Positions 1-10,402 are shown, counted from the stretch's first letter. The stretch is 64,000 nucleotides of DNA from Planctomycetota bacterium (GCA_965223845.1 CBDCXR010000004.1:4000001-4064000); one strand, 5' to 3'. The notes: generated from the letters alone by a model not told the origin. Program-made: numbers and translations.

Positions 1-1
1 A

Positions 2-1369
2 GACGCTTTCGCCGCAGCCGATCGAGTCCATCCGCGGCGCGACGACGTTTACGATGGAGCGCGCTTCGGGACTCGAGTAACACCAGACGATCTCTCGCGT
101 CTGCGCGGCCCAGCGCCGAACCGAATACGATTCGGCTTCAAGGTGGAGGCGGTCGAGAACCTGTTCGAAGCGGAGTAGAGTCGCATCGGAGACGACTAGC
201 TCCGACGCCGACTCGTCGCGCACGAGCCCGCCGAGAACGTGCATCGTCGTCCTCAGCACGAACTCACTCGCATCGCTCCGGAGCGACGCGATGAGAACCT
301 CGACCAGTTGTCCGGCCGTCGATGGATCGAGACTGCGCGGTACGGCGAGAAGCGCAGCTGCCCGAACCTGAGGAACGGCGTCGCGGAGCGCGAGCTCCTC
401 GATCCACATCGTCCGCAAGTCGCGGGGAAGCTCGTGGAGATGATCGCAGAATCCCTGTCGGACGTACGGACTCGGATCTCCCTGGATCGCAACGAGCGAG
501 CCCGCGAGCGAGCGGTCGCGCTCGACCGCTCGAGGAAGGAGCGACGCCGCGCAGTGGCGGACGAAGAGATCGTCGCCCTCGGCGGAGTGTTCGAGCCGAC
601 GGGTGAGGACTTTTCCGAACGACTGCGGCGAAAGCGTCTCGAGGAGCCGGATCGCCTCGCACTGGATCCAGACGTTGAGCTCGCGCTGCATCGAGCTCCG
701 GTAGATGATCTGTAGCGTCGCTTGATCGAGGGTCCGTCCCTGGTCCGTGCTCTGCGCCGCGCGCACGGCTAGGGCGAGCGCTTTGAAGCACGCGACGACG
801 ACTCGCTCCTCACCGTCGTAGTGGAAGAACCGCCTGAAGACCCGTCCGAGGTCGAGACGTTTCCAGAGCGCATCGCGCTCTTCCACCTTCGCCTCGTTTC
901 TCAGTACGGCGCACGCGAGACCACCGAGTCGCCCGAGCGCCACGGCAAGGCGCCGCTCGAGCTCGCCGATGAGAATCTGATAGCGATCCGTCACCGCGTC
1001 GCTGTCGAAGTAGCGAGTGAGGGCTCGTCGATCCTCTCGGAGACCCTTCTTCGACTGACCGAGCTCGCGCGCGAATTCGAGGACGTTTCGATTCCTTTCC
1101 TCGCCCGAGCTCGCCCGCGCCAGGCGTTTCGTGAACTGCGTGTAGACTCCCCGCAGGCCGGTGATGCGCGAGTGGATGCCGTCGATCTCTTCCTTCAAAA
1201 ATGCGAGTAGAGCGACCCTCTCTTCCTGTTCGCTCGCGTTCCCCTCGGTGTGCACCGCTACCGCACGGACGTAGTCGTCGGCAAACTCTTCGACGATTCG
1301 ACCTTCGAGCCTTCGCTCGTAGTCGTTCAAGCCGTCGGCGATGAGGCGGACGATGCGCTCGCGAATCAC
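2..1369 (-). CDS. HEAT-repeat-like alpha-helical protein, partial (runs off the left edge); last visible gene of the PgsC operon
   Basis: Not in the ORF track. Translated by hand: GTG at 1369 overlaps the TGA of the upstream gene (GTGA) and is preceded by GGAGGAG. The frame is open to the window edge (VIRERIVRLIADGLNDYERR...). HEAT-like segments include DDLFVRHCAA, DPSPYVRQG, DAVPQVRAAAL and ESYSVRRWAA. Confidence 0.8.
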   Translation of the reverse strand, partial: MIRERIVRLIADGLNDYERRLEGRIVEEFADDYVRAVAVHTEGNASEQEERVALLAFLKEEIDGIHSRITGLRGVYTQFTKRLARASSGEERNRNVLEFARELGQSKKGLREDRRALTRYFDSDAVTDRYQILIGELERRLAVALGRLGGLACAVLRNEAKVEERDALWKRLDLGRVFRRFFHYDGEERVVVACFKALALAVRAAQSTDQGRTLDQATLQIIYRSSMQRELNVWIQCEAIRLLETLSPQSFGKVLTRRLEHSAEGDDLFVRHCAASLLPRAVERDRSLAGSLVAIQGDPSPYVRQGFCDHLHELPRDLRTMWIEELALRDAVPQVRAAALLAVPRSLDPSTAGQLVEVLIASLRSDASEFVLRTTMHVLGGLVRDESASELVVSDATLLRFEQVLDRLHLEAESYSVRRWAAQTREIVWCYSSPEARSIVNVVAPRMDSIGCGESV

Positions 1370-4300
1370 GGTTGCTCCTCCGAGATTCGATTCGTAAACT
1401 CGCTCGGGATCGCGGCCCGGCGCAGCCGGCGGAAGCGCACCTCCGAGAAGTCGCGGTACCCGCGACCCCGTCCGAAGTGGACGACGAAGGCGAGGAATCC
1501 CGTACTTCGGTTGTCGGGGAGATCGTGACGGAACGTGAACGCCATCTCCCACCGCGTCGCGTTTCGCGACCAGAGCTCCTGCGTCACTTCCGCGATGAGG
1601 GAATGCCGCGAACGGCTCGAGCGCCGGTCATCGTCGGACGGAAAGAAGCTCGCCCGATAGGCGAGAGCGATCTCCCACTGAAAGAGAAGCTGGGCCCAGC
1701 CGACTTCTCCCCAGAGGCGATCCGGGGCCACCGGGTTCAGATCTTCGTTCGTCAGGAGGCCGCTGCCCGCCCACCAGCGCGTGTCCACCCACGGTCGGTG
1801 GACCACTCGAGCCGCCAGGGACGCGCCGCCGCGGTGGTCGAGCTTGTACGGCGTGAATATGTCCTGATCGACGTCGCCGGGCTCGAAGTCTCGCCGGGAA
1901 TCGAGGCTGAGGACACGACCGAGAAGCGAAGCTGTGAGGATGGCGTCCGTCAGATCCCCCAGCGGCGCTCGGTGCTCGAGCGACGCGCGGCCTAGAAGGG
2001 ACCATTCGACATCGCCGCGTGGAGCGACGGCATCTCCGTCCGGCGCCTGCGCGTACACTCGAGCCGATGCGATCGCGCTCAGTGGAAGCGAGTCGAGCGC
2101 CCGCTCGAATCGGTGCCAAGCCCCCACTACGGGGCCTCCCTCCTCGCGCACTCGTGCGAGCGCACCGGTCTCGAAGTAGGCCCGCCACCACTCCGAGCGC
2201 CAACGGTGGATCGCTCTCAGCTCGAGGAACTGTTCGGCGATGATCCGCTCGTCGCCATCCTCTTCGGACGCCCGCCGCCGACGGAACACGGCCGCGAAGC
2301 TTCGCGTGCCGTCCTCCTGGCCGGAGAGCTCGACCCCGTCCTTCGCGACGACCGTCCCGGCTTGCCGCTCGTCATCGATCCGCCACGGAGGTTCCGCTTT
2401 CGGCGGTGGCTCCACGTCCGGAGTCAGGATCTCCGGCGGCTCGAGTCTCTCCTCTCTCGGCACGTACTCGAACGCGCGGAAAAGCCCGCGGTCCCGCCCT
2501 TCGGACGGGGGAATCTCGAGCTCTTGCCAACCCTCTTCAACGAGATGGTACTCCGAGTGGACTTCGTCGTCCCGGAGCTCGTCGACGCGTACGACAGTCG
2601 GGCCTTCGACGGCGACGCGGAGTCGGCGATCGTTCCGCGAGACCTGGTAGATGCGCGACGCCACCGGCGACTCTCCACCGGCGTCGTCGTCCTCCGACAC
2701 GGTGCCGTCGATGTCTTCAACGGCGACGGAGAGGAATTGATTGGGCGCTCCGTCCACCACGCGGAGTCGCAAGCGATGGAATCCACTCGGCACGATCCAG
2801 CTCAGCGCCGCGCGCGGTCGGTCGACGCTGAGATCGATGGTTCGTCGATCCCAGTCGTCGAGCTCGCAGACGACTTCGACCGGCCGGATTGCGCGTGACG
2901 TCGCCGATTCGCTCGCGACGTGTACGATCCAGCGACTCGGACGAGGTCGATCGATCACGTGGACGAATTGTTCGCGCCGACCGAGCTGCCGAGCGCTCGT
3001 GCCGAGCGGCGACGGACCCGCGAGTGCCTGGCGAACACGCGTGCGCGGGCTCTCCGACTCTGACGGCGACGTTCGGATGCTTCGGAGTCCGGCCCGCGAA
3101 ACGATGGACGAGACGAGACGCCAGTGGTAGCGCTGTGAGAGGCGTCGCGCGATGCCCGCGACCTCTCGGCGCTCGGGAAACGATCGCAGCGCGATCAGCG
3201 CTTTGGCCGCGGCCGTCTTCTCGGCGCGATGGCCGGATTCGACGGCGAGAAGGAGCGCGCGCAAGTAGACCACCGCCGTCTCCGGATCTTCGGGAACGGA
3301 CAGCTCGGTGATCGACGTGAGGTCGCCGCGCTCGAGCAGCGTCGCGATCAGCGCCCGCCCGGTCGAGCCGGCGTGAGTGCGGGAACCACTCAGGAAGCGA
3401 TATGACGCGAGATCGAGCTCCCGTGGATCGACGATCGCGGAATCGGCCGGGAGGTCGTCTACCGACGGGGGTCGCTGTCCCACCAAGGACCTCGCTTCGA
3501 GTCGGAGCGCGAGACGTGCGAGCAGTGCGGGATCGATCCCGCCCGGCAACTCGCGAATCGTTCCCGCGAGAGAGGCTCGGATCGGGTAGACAGGGATCCG
3601 GTACGGAAGCCTCGCCGCCGTAATCGTGTCCCGCTCGAGCTCGAGTCGCGCCGGGTAGCTCGGTCCCATCGCACGCGGCGTGTTGCGATCTCGATCGCGG
3701 AGAACGCTGGCAACGACCGCCGGCGACCACCGGGCGAGCAGCCCCTCCCAGAGCGCGGGACGATGCTCGAACGTCCGCACGAGCACGGCGACTCCGCGCG
3801 GCTCGACGACCAGCTCGTGCAGTCCGGGACCTAGGTCGAACTCTTCCTCGATCCGGTTGAGCGAGCGGTATCGGCGCCGCTGCATGAGCGATAGGCTCGC
3901 GACCACCTCGCTGGAGGTGACAGGCATGGGATGAAGCTCACCGTCGATGCGGACGTCGATCCAAGCTCGGTCGCCGGCGCGGTAGTCGGAGTCGACGAGT
4001 GGCCGCAGTCGGAGCCGGACCGTTCTCGGTCCGAGGATCTTCATCCGAACCTGCCCGCCGTCCTCGGCGCCGACGAGCTGGCGACGGGTCTCCGCGCGGG
4101 ACTCGCGGACCCAATCGGAGAACCCGTAGCGAATAACGCAGTCGTCGAGGGCGACCCAAGTTCTCGGTCCCGGTAGCGATTCGCGCCACCGCTCCCATGC
4201 GAAGATCGCTTCGGCTCGCTCGGCGAAGGATCCGCTCCGCAGTCGCTGGGCGATCGCGAGGGCCTCGTCGATTCGCGCGAGGGCCGCGCGACCACGTTCG

Positions 4301-6942
4301 CCGGCACGCGTGAGCGTCGCGCGCGCGGCGTCGATTTCCCCGCGGTGCGCCGCGCGAACACCCGACCAGTACTCGAGAGCCTCTGAATCGGTGAGACGCT
4401 CGAGCAAGCGGTCCATCGTGATCCACCATCGCGCCTTCACGGCGGCGGTGAGTAGCGTCTCCAGCGGGAGCTCCCAGTCCTCGAGGAGAAGCCCCACCGC
4501 AAGAGCACTCCGCCACTCGCCGCGTTCGGCGAGCGCGATCACTACGGCGCGAACCGCTGCTCCCGGCGTGTCGTCGACAATCAGGTTCTGCGCCCAAATC
4601 CCCGCCGGGATCATCTCTCCGCTCTCCCGGCACCGCTCGGCGAGAAGATCAAACGCGGCACGCCGGAGTGCGGGTTCCTCCGCGCGGAGGAACAGCCTGC
4701 GGACCTCGAGGTGGAAGAGGTAGTGCTCGCCGACGCTCCAGAGAGCCCGGCAACGTTCGAGGTGCGCCGCGCGGCGCTGCCGGCGGTCGCCGACGCGCGC
4801 GAGCTCGCTCCAAGTCTCGAGCGCGGGGACCCATCGCCCTTCGACCGTCAGCCGACGCGCGCGTTCGAGAAGTTCGTCCGCGTACTCCGCGTCGAGTGCG
4901 TCCGGACGCCGAATCTCGATCGACGCGCCGCTACCTGCTGATCTCTCGAGGGCCTCAAGTCCTCGCTCCAGCCAGCGGAACACTCCGGACCACTGCGCGA
5001 CCAGCCGTCTCCGCGTCTCCGAGATCCAAGCGCGCTCTCGACGCCATCGCCGGTATGAATTCGCGAACAACTCCGCCGGTGATCCGTCATCGAGCGCGTC
5101 GAGAGCAGCGAGGTACTCGCGCTCCGTCATTCGGTACGGTTCAGAGTCCAGATAGTCGAGAGCGACATGGATCGGCTCTCCTCCTCCGTCCGCCCAGAGG
5201 CCGATCTCCTCGACACCGCGGGGGAGATCGATCACCGCGCTCGCCGCCGGAACGATCTCCCGCGGCGTCGCGCGTCCGCTGAGATGGCGGAGAAGCTCGT
5301 ACTCATCGTTCCGACCCGTCGTCGCCCAAACGACCGAGCGGGCGATCTCGAGGTCCGCGGGGACGACTCGCTCGGCGAGCTCGGATGGGAGCGAGCTGAG
5401 CGTGAGCTCGCGCTCGCCGCGGTTGCCTAGCCGAAGCCAGATCTTGCGTTCGGAGTCATCGTGTTGGCGCAACACGACAAGACGGAGCCTCGACGGAGCT
5501 CCTCGCTCTGGCAGACGGAACCGAAGCTCGTGATCTCGGTTCGACGGCAGCGCTGCAAACGTACCGAACGGGACGGGTGGCGCGAACCGGATCAGATCGC
5601 GCTCGCGCACAAAAACGTCCTCGGCCAACGCGTAGGGATCGCGAAATCGGTGAGTCACGCGCGCTCGACGGCGGAGGCTGCTGCCGGACGGAACGGCGAC
5701 GGGAAGGAGATTCACGTAGCGATCGTGCCGGTTCGACATCACGTTCGCCGCGCGATCATCGACCGGCGCCGCGCCAAGTCGCTTCGCTTCCTCTCTGAGC
5801 AGCCACGACGCGACAAGTCCCGCGTCGGGGTGTCCCCGAGCGTACACGGAATCGAAGACCGCGATCGCAGGGGATCGCTCGATCCGTTCGCTCCAGCGAT
5901 CCGCGTGATCGAACATCCCGAGATCGCTCAGGTGCTGTTCTCCCGCGAGAGCATCGAACACCGTCTGTACGCCACTCGCGGCGTCCGGCGACGGCGGTAG
6001 CGGCGGGTGGAGAAGAAAGTCGTCGGCTCGCCACGCGAGCAAACGGCAGAGGAGCGACGACTCCGAGACGATGCGTAGAGAGTGGCGTCCCTCGTCCAGG
6101 CGAAACGACACGTAGCGTTCGTAACCGTGACCCCGACGCGTCGCGGACGAGCCGACCCGTGATCGATCGATGGTCGTTTCGATCTGCTTCACCTCCTCGA
6201 CGCCGTCGACGACGAAGCGGACGCGGTAACCTTCGATCGAGCGAGTCGTCCCGTGTGGATAGAGAAGTCGCGAACCAAACAGGAGATCGACGGGGCCGCG
6301 CACGACCACGTCGATCGGGCGCCCCGCGGGCACGCGAGAGTACGCTCTCCCGTAGTGGAATCGACTACGGCGAAGCGTCACCTCGTCGAAACCGGGAAGC
6401 GGAACTCGGCGGTGATACTCCGATGCGACCGAGTCTCGATCGATGCGCGCTAGGAATACAGCGAAGCGTGTCTTTCTCCCTTCGTTCCCGCCGACGCGGA
6501 TGCGAAGGACTTGCGGGACGTTCACCTCGGTGGCGACGAGGAGCGATTCCCCGCCGGGCAGAGCTCGCGCCGGGACGGGGACGAACAGTCCGTCGGGTCC
6601 CGATCGCTCGAACGAGAACGATCGCGACAGATCGGCGACCTCGTTTGCGACGACGCGCACGACGGCGTTCTCGCCCACGTGAAGAAGGATCGCGTCTCCG
6701 GTCTCGAGCTCCCACTCGTGGCGCGTGGTCGAACCGTTCCACTCGGGGAGCTTCCCCGCGACGAGGAGGGGAGCCCCCTCGATGTTGTCCCACCGGAGAC
6801 GCGCTCCGGTCGAGTCGAACGTCGACTCCGCGAAGATGACGGGGCGCTCGTCCGAGCTCGTCGCATCTCCGCCCGAAGCCGCCGACATGCAGATCAGGCA
6901 GGGGAGCCAGACGAGGTAGGTGGACGCTCGAGGGCGTGTCAC
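1366..6942 (-). CDS. Large exported protein with repeated beta-sandwich domains, a TPR-like helical region and a probable C-terminal outer-membrane beta-barrel; putative polymer export channel
   Basis: 1867-aa ORF; probable start is the GTG at 6942 overlapping the upstream stop. It has a hydrophobic N-terminal signal, recurring GxHxLRL and GPxxVR motifs, Ala/Leu/Trp-rich TPR-like helices in the middle, and amphipathic alternating strands over the last ~300 aa. Confidence 0.6.
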   Translation of the reverse strand: MTRPRASTYLVWLPCLICMSAASGGDATSSDERPVIFAESTFDSTGARLRWDNIEGAPLLVAGKLPEWNGSTTRHEWELETGDAILLHVGENAVVRVVANEVADLSRSFSFERSGPDGLFVPVPARALPGGESLLVATEVNVPQVLRIRVGGNEGRKTRFAVFLARIDRDSVASEYHRRVPLPGFDEVTLRRSRFHYGRAYSRVPAGRPIDVVVRGPVDLLFGSRLLYPHGTTRSIEGYRVRFVVDGVEEVKQIETTIDRSRVGSSATRRGHGYERYVSFRLDEGRHSLRIVSESSLLCRLLAWRADDFLLHPPLPPSPDAASGVQTVFDALAGEQHLSDLGMFDHADRWSERIERSPAIAVFDSVYARGHPDAGLVASWLLREEAKRLGAAPVDDRAANVMSNRHDRYVNLLPVAVPSGSSLRRRARVTHRFRDPYALAEDVFVRERDLIRFAPPVPFGTFAALPSNRDHELRFRLPERGAPSRLRLVVLRQHDDSERKIWLRLGNRGERELTLSSLPSELAERVVPADLEIARSVVWATTGRNDEYELLRHLSGRATPREIVPAASAVIDLPRGVEEIGLWADGGGEPIHVALDYLDSEPYRMTEREYLAALDALDDGSPAELFANSYRRWRRERAWISETRRRLVAQWSGVFRWLERGLEALERSAGSGASIEIRRPDALDAEYADELLERARRLTVEGRWVPALETWSELARVGDRRQRRAAHLERCRALWSVGEHYLFHLEVRRLFLRAEEPALRRAAFDLLAERCRESGEMIPAGIWAQNLIVDDTPGAAVRAVVIALAERGEWRSALAVGLLLEDWELPLETLLTAAVKARWWITMDRLLERLTDSEALEYWSGVRAAHRGEIDAARATLTRAGERGRAALARIDEALAIAQRLRSGSFAERAEAIFAWERWRESLPGPRTWVALDDCVIRYGFSDWVRESRAETRRQLVGAEDGGQVRMKILGPRTVRLRLRPLVDSDYRAGDRAWIDVRIDGELHPMPVTSSEVVASLSLMQRRRYRSLNRIEEEFDLGPGLHELVVEPRGVAVLVRTFEHRPALWEGLLARWSPAVVASVLRDRDRNTPRAMGPSYPARLELERDTITAARLPYRIPVYPIRASLAGTIRELPGGIDPALLARLALRLEARSLVGQRPPSVDDLPADSAIVDPRELDLASYRFLSGSRTHAGSTGRALIATLLERGDLTSITELSVPEDPETAVVYLRALLLAVESGHRAEKTAAAKALIALRSFPERREVAGIARRLSQRYHWRLVSSIVSRAGLRSIRTSPSESESPRTRVRQALAGPSPLGTSARQLGRREQFVHVIDRPRPSRWIVHVASESATSRAIRPVEVVCELDDWDRRTIDLSVDRPRAALSWIVPSGFHRLRLRVVDGAPNQFLSVAVEDIDGTVSEDDDAGGESPVASRIYQVSRNDRRLRVAVEGPTVVRVDELRDDEVHSEYHLVEEGWQELEIPPSEGRDRGLFRAFEYVPREERLEPPEILTPDVEPPPKAEPPWRIDDERQAGTVVAKDGVELSGQEDGTRSFAAVFRRRRASEEDGDERIIAEQFLELRAIHRWRSEWWRAYFETGALARVREEGGPVVGAWHRFERALDSLPLSAIASARVYAQAPDGDAVAPRGDVEWSLLGRASLEHRAPLGDLTDAILTASLLGRVLSLDSRRDFEPGDVDQDIFTPYKLDHRGGASLAARVVHRPWVDTRWWAGSGLLTNEDLNPVAPDRLWGEVGWAQLLFQWEIALAYRASFFPSDDDRRSSRSRHSLIAEVTQELWSRNATRWEMAFTFRHDLPDNRSTGFLAFVVHFGRGRGYRDFSEVRFRRLRRAAIPSEFTNRISEEQP

Positions 6943-7874
6943 GGCGACGAGTCCACGATGCAGGTCCAAAGACGTGTGCGAACTTCATGGCTGCGGTGGA
7001 GAGCTCGACGCGCCGCGCGACTCAGTTCTACGTGAAGAAACGTCGCGCCGCGAAACCGACTGAGCAGCTCCGCCTGCGCGTTTTTCGTTCCTCCGAGCTC
7101 ACGGACGTCGCGCGGATAGAGCGAGACCACCGAGCCGGCGCTCTCGTCCCAGCAGGCGCTGACGCTCAAATGGAACCGCGAGGGCTCGCCGCGTCCGGCA
7201 CTCAAGATCACGTCGGAGATCGAAGCCTCCGGTGTCGCGCGCTTCGATTTGTCGTAGCCGTGGAACTGGACGACGACTCCGCGCGGGTAGTGCGTCGCAA
7301 ATGCCCGGGTGTACTCCTGGTAGTAGCTCCGCCGGCGATGGGCGAGGTCGGCATCGTTCCGTGTGCCATCGCCTTCGACCGGTGTCTTTCTCTGAGCGAC
7401 GTTCCACCCGGCGGAGAGCGCGTTTCCTTCCCGAAAGAACGCGGCGGCGATCTCCCCCGTGTTGCGGTCGTAGAAGGCGTGCGGAGCTTGAAGCAAGACC
7501 GCTCGCGCAGATGTACGGCGAAAGACGTAAAAGCCGCGCCCGATGCGTCGCCCGGGTCCTTCCGAGAGAACGAGAAACTCCTCTTTCCCGCGCCGGACTC
7601 GACGCAGCTCCAGATGGAGACGCTCGCACGCGGCGATGGTCTCGTTCAGATCTCGTACCTGACGAAGTAGCGCCGAGAAGATCTGACGCGCGGCGACGAG
7701 CTCTTCGTCCGTAGGATCCTCGTACGTGAAAGTTCGACTGGATCGCCGTAGAGTCTCGAGCGCATCTTCCGTCGAGTGCGCGCTCGGAGAAGCGAGAACG
7801 AGCACACCGGCACACAACGCGGCGCAAAGCACCCAGCCCGTGTTCGTCCGCTTTCGTTCCGCGAGAATCCTCAC
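6939..7874 (-). CDS. Secreted Zn-exopeptidase-fold hydrolase, poly-gamma-glutamate hydrolase (PghP)-like
   Basis: Signal peptide (…LALASPSAHS-type). Motifs QAPHAFYDRNTGE, QFHGY and FLHVELSRAARRAL occur in the same order as APHGGGIExGTSE, SxHG and QLELSxxxR of PghP-family enzymes. Lies inside a pgsC operon. Confidence 0.55.
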   Translation of the reverse strand: MRILAERKRTNTGWVLCAALCAGVLVLASPSAHSTEDALETLRRSSRTFTYEDPTDEELVAARQIFSALLRQVRDLNETIAACERLHLELRRVRRGKEEFLVLSEGPGRRIGRGFYVFRRTSARAVLLQAPHAFYDRNTGEIAAAFFREGNALSAGWNVAQRKTPVEGDGTRNDADLAHRRRSYYQEYTRAFATHYPRGVVVQFHGYDKSKRATPEASISDVILSAGRGEPSRFHLSVSACWDESAGSVVSLYPRDVRELGGTKNAQAELLSRFRGATFLHVELSRAARRALHRSHEVRTRLWTCIVDSSP

Positions 7875-10402
7875 GCGTCCTCCTCGAGCGGTGCCCTGTC
7901 GTCGCTCTCGCCTTCGAGAATCTTCCGCACCTTCGACTCCCGTCGTTCATCCGACTCCGGGACTTGACGGATCATGTGCACGTAGCAGTCGGGGCCGCTC
8001 CTATGCGTGAGCTCCAACTCGTAGTCGCCCGGCTCGAAATCCTCGTCGAGCGTGATGACCGCATAGGGCAGACTCTTCAGCGGCGAGACGTCCGGCTCGA
8101 GCACGGTGACCGGCGTGCCCTCCACGGTATTGATGTCGAGCTCGTGCCGAGAGAAGGTCCAGCCGCCGCGATCGGCGAGTCCTCGGCTAGCGGGAAGATC
8201 GAGGTGTGCGCCGAGAACGAGTCGCTCCGTCGATTCCACGGGAACGTACATGAGGATCTTGACTCGCTCCGCTCCCGCGGTGTGCTTGACAAGACGGAAC
8301 TTCGCCGGCTCGCCGTCGACCCGATGGATGAGGCGCTTGACCCAAGCCGTCTCATGCGACCCCGCCATGCGACTCCCAAAGCACTGAAGTGCGCGCGGCG
8401 ATGTCACTCGAATCTCGTGGTGTCCGCTAGCAACGGGCGGCAGAACCCAATCGACGAATCTTCCTCGGAGAACGCCCTCTCGAAGGACGCTCCCGTCGAG
8501 AAGGACGCGCACGAACGCGCTTTCGCCGTCGGGCTTGATCCACGTTAGCTTCGGTCGAACGAACGCGTCTCCCGGGTCGCCGGCGATTCGGATGAGATGC
8601 GGAACGCCGAGAGTGAGCCGCTGAAATCGTGTCGCCGAAGGACCGTCCGGAAACCCGATCACCGTTTTCGTCAGGATCGGCAGCGTCGTCGTCTCGCTCA
8701 CGGGCAATTCGGACCGATCCTCCCACTTGAGCTCCGGACGATCGCTCGCCCACCGATTGACGCCGCTCTGGCGCTGAACGAAGAGCTCGCGCCTCTCGCG
8801 CACGAGCCGACCTCCGTCGAGCGCGCGGACCACGTGCCAGCTCCGAGCGAGAGCCCCTTCTCCGTCGACGGCGTGTTGGCGTTCGAATGCGTTCGAGTCC
8901 TCGGGGATCCGCTGACGACGGGGAAGACCGTGCGCTCGCGTGTAGACGCTGACGAGAACGCCGTCCGACGCCGACCGGATTCGCAACGTCTGCGCTCCGG
9001 CGGGTGCCGACACGAAGCGAGACGAGACTTCCGTGACGCGCTCCCCTGTGCGCGCACCGCTGAGCGTTTCGTAGCGTGAGAGCGTTCCGCGGTGGAGGAT
9101 GGCCCCCTCGGTGAGCACGGCTTCCTCCGCGTCGAGGAACTGGTACATCACCGCGGCCGTCGCCGTGCCTTCGAACGCAACCGAATCTTCGACCCAACGC
9201 CGGAGATCGACGCGGTAGGTCGTACCGTGGTTCCAGACCGGGATGACGGCGAGATCGAGAGTTTCGCCTCGCCCCGTGAGGTAAGCCGGCACGAAGACCG
9301 GCTCGGGTGTAATCTCGGGAACGACTGGATCGGAGAGGAGCCACGCCCGCACCGCTACCGTCGCCGACGCCTCGATCTCGAGGATTCCTCCCCGGAATTG
9401 CTTATCGACGACCGTGCCCTCGGCGCCGACGAGAACGGTCGAGCTGTCCCGCTTCGACCAACCCGAACGCCACAGGAAGTGCACACTCGCGGTCTCCGGA
9501 TCGGCGTTCGCCGACTCGCCGACCCGATCGATGCGAAACCGGACGTCTCCGCCGTCCCGCGGGATCGGTACGACACCGACGAGACCCGGCGAAACGACGA
9601 GGCCGTCCGGAAACACCGTCGTTCGGACCTCGGTCTCGAACTCGTCGCGGCGAAGCGAGTACAGCTTTCTCAAGTGATAGCCCCGCCCCTCGATCCCGAG
9701 CGGCGCGAGCGGCGTCCAGCGATTGCGAATGAGCGCGTTCTTCTCGTGCGGGCGAGCGAGGGCCATCGAGTGGACGTGCGCGCGAGCGAGATGGCGCCGG
9801 CTCTCGTTGGACATCCGCTGCCATAGAAATCGAAGCTTGTAGTGCGGCGGCCGATCGCGCACGTACACCTTGACGACGACGTCGCGGACATCCTCCCGCC
9901 CGGGCGCGGCACGCAATCGGAGCCGCTTAGGCCCCGCCGCAAGGCCGTCGAGCTTGAGAGTGATGGCTCGACTGGAGAGCGGTCGCGACTCGTGGCCGAC
10001 GAAGTACCGCGCCGACAGCTGTTCCTTCGTGGTCGGGTCGGTGAGCCACTCCTGTCGAGTGCGGAAGTGGTACGTCGAGCGACGGAGACGGCGCTGCTCG
10101 TCGTCGACGATCTCGTACTCGACCGCGTACGACACGTTCTGCGTGACGTCGTGGGGACGCGACGGTTCCTCGCACGCGTAGGTCGTGACGAGGACCGATG
10201 TGCGGTCGTTCGGGATGTCGAACGTCGTCCAATGGTCGTCGCGGAGGACGTACGTCGTGCTCACTCGCGATCGCCGGACGTTGACGAAGCGCCCCGTCCC
10301 GAGGAGGCGCGTGAGGATGTCATCCGGTACGGCCCACCACGCGACGAGCATCACGAGCAAGAGTCGGCACAGCATGGCGCGACGGGACCGTCTAATCCTC
10401 AT
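7871..10402 (-). CDS. Membrane-anchored, beta-rich hypothetical protein of the PgsC operon (843 aa)
   Basis: The track ORF is 7871..10642; the probable start is the ATG at 10402 (MRIRRSRRAMLCRLLLVMLVAWW), overlapping the end of the pgsC gene. It has one N-terminal TM segment and beta-sandwich motifs (VASGHHEIRV, FEPGDYELEL). Confidence 0.75.
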   Translation of the reverse strand: MRIRRSRRAMLCRLLLVMLVAWWAVPDDILTRLLGTGRFVNVRRSRVSTTYVLRDDHWTTFDIPNDRTSVLVTTYACEEPSRPHDVTQNVSYAVEYEIVDDEQRRLRRSTYHFRTRQEWLTDPTTKEQLSARYFVGHESRPLSSRAITLKLDGLAAGPKRLRLRAAPGREDVRDVVVKVYVRDRPPHYKLRFLWQRMSNESRRHLARAHVHSMALARPHEKNALIRNRWTPLAPLGIEGRGYHLRKLYSLRRDEFETEVRTTVFPDGLVVSPGLVGVVPIPRDGGDVRFRIDRVGESANADPETASVHFLWRSGWSKRDSSTVLVGAEGTVVDKQFRGGILEIEASATVAVRAWLLSDPVVPEITPEPVFVPAYLTGRGETLDLAVIPVWNHGTTYRVDLRRWVEDSVAFEGTATAAVMYQFLDAEEAVLTEGAILHRGTLSRYETLSGARTGERVTEVSSRFVSAPAGAQTLRIRSASDGVLVSVYTRAHGLPRRQRIPEDSNAFERQHAVDGEGALARSWHVVRALDGGRLVRERRELFVQRQSGVNRWASDRPELKWEDRSELPVSETTTLPILTKTVIGFPDGPSATRFQRLTLGVPHLIRIAGDPGDAFVRPKLTWIKPDGESAFVRVLLDGSVLREGVLRGRFVDWVLPPVASGHHEIRVTSPRALQCFGSRMAGSHETAWVKRLIHRVDGEPAKFRLVKHTAGAERVKILMYVPVESTERLVLGAHLDLPASRGLADRGGWTFSRHELDINTVEGTPVTVLEPDVSPLKSLPYAVITLDEDFEPGDYELELTHRSGPDCYVHMIRQVPESDERRESKVRKILEGESDDRAPLEEDA

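Noticed and set aside
239-1528. Short plus-strand ORFs at the left end
   Set aside because: Explained as shadows of the uncalled minus-strand gene starting at 1369.
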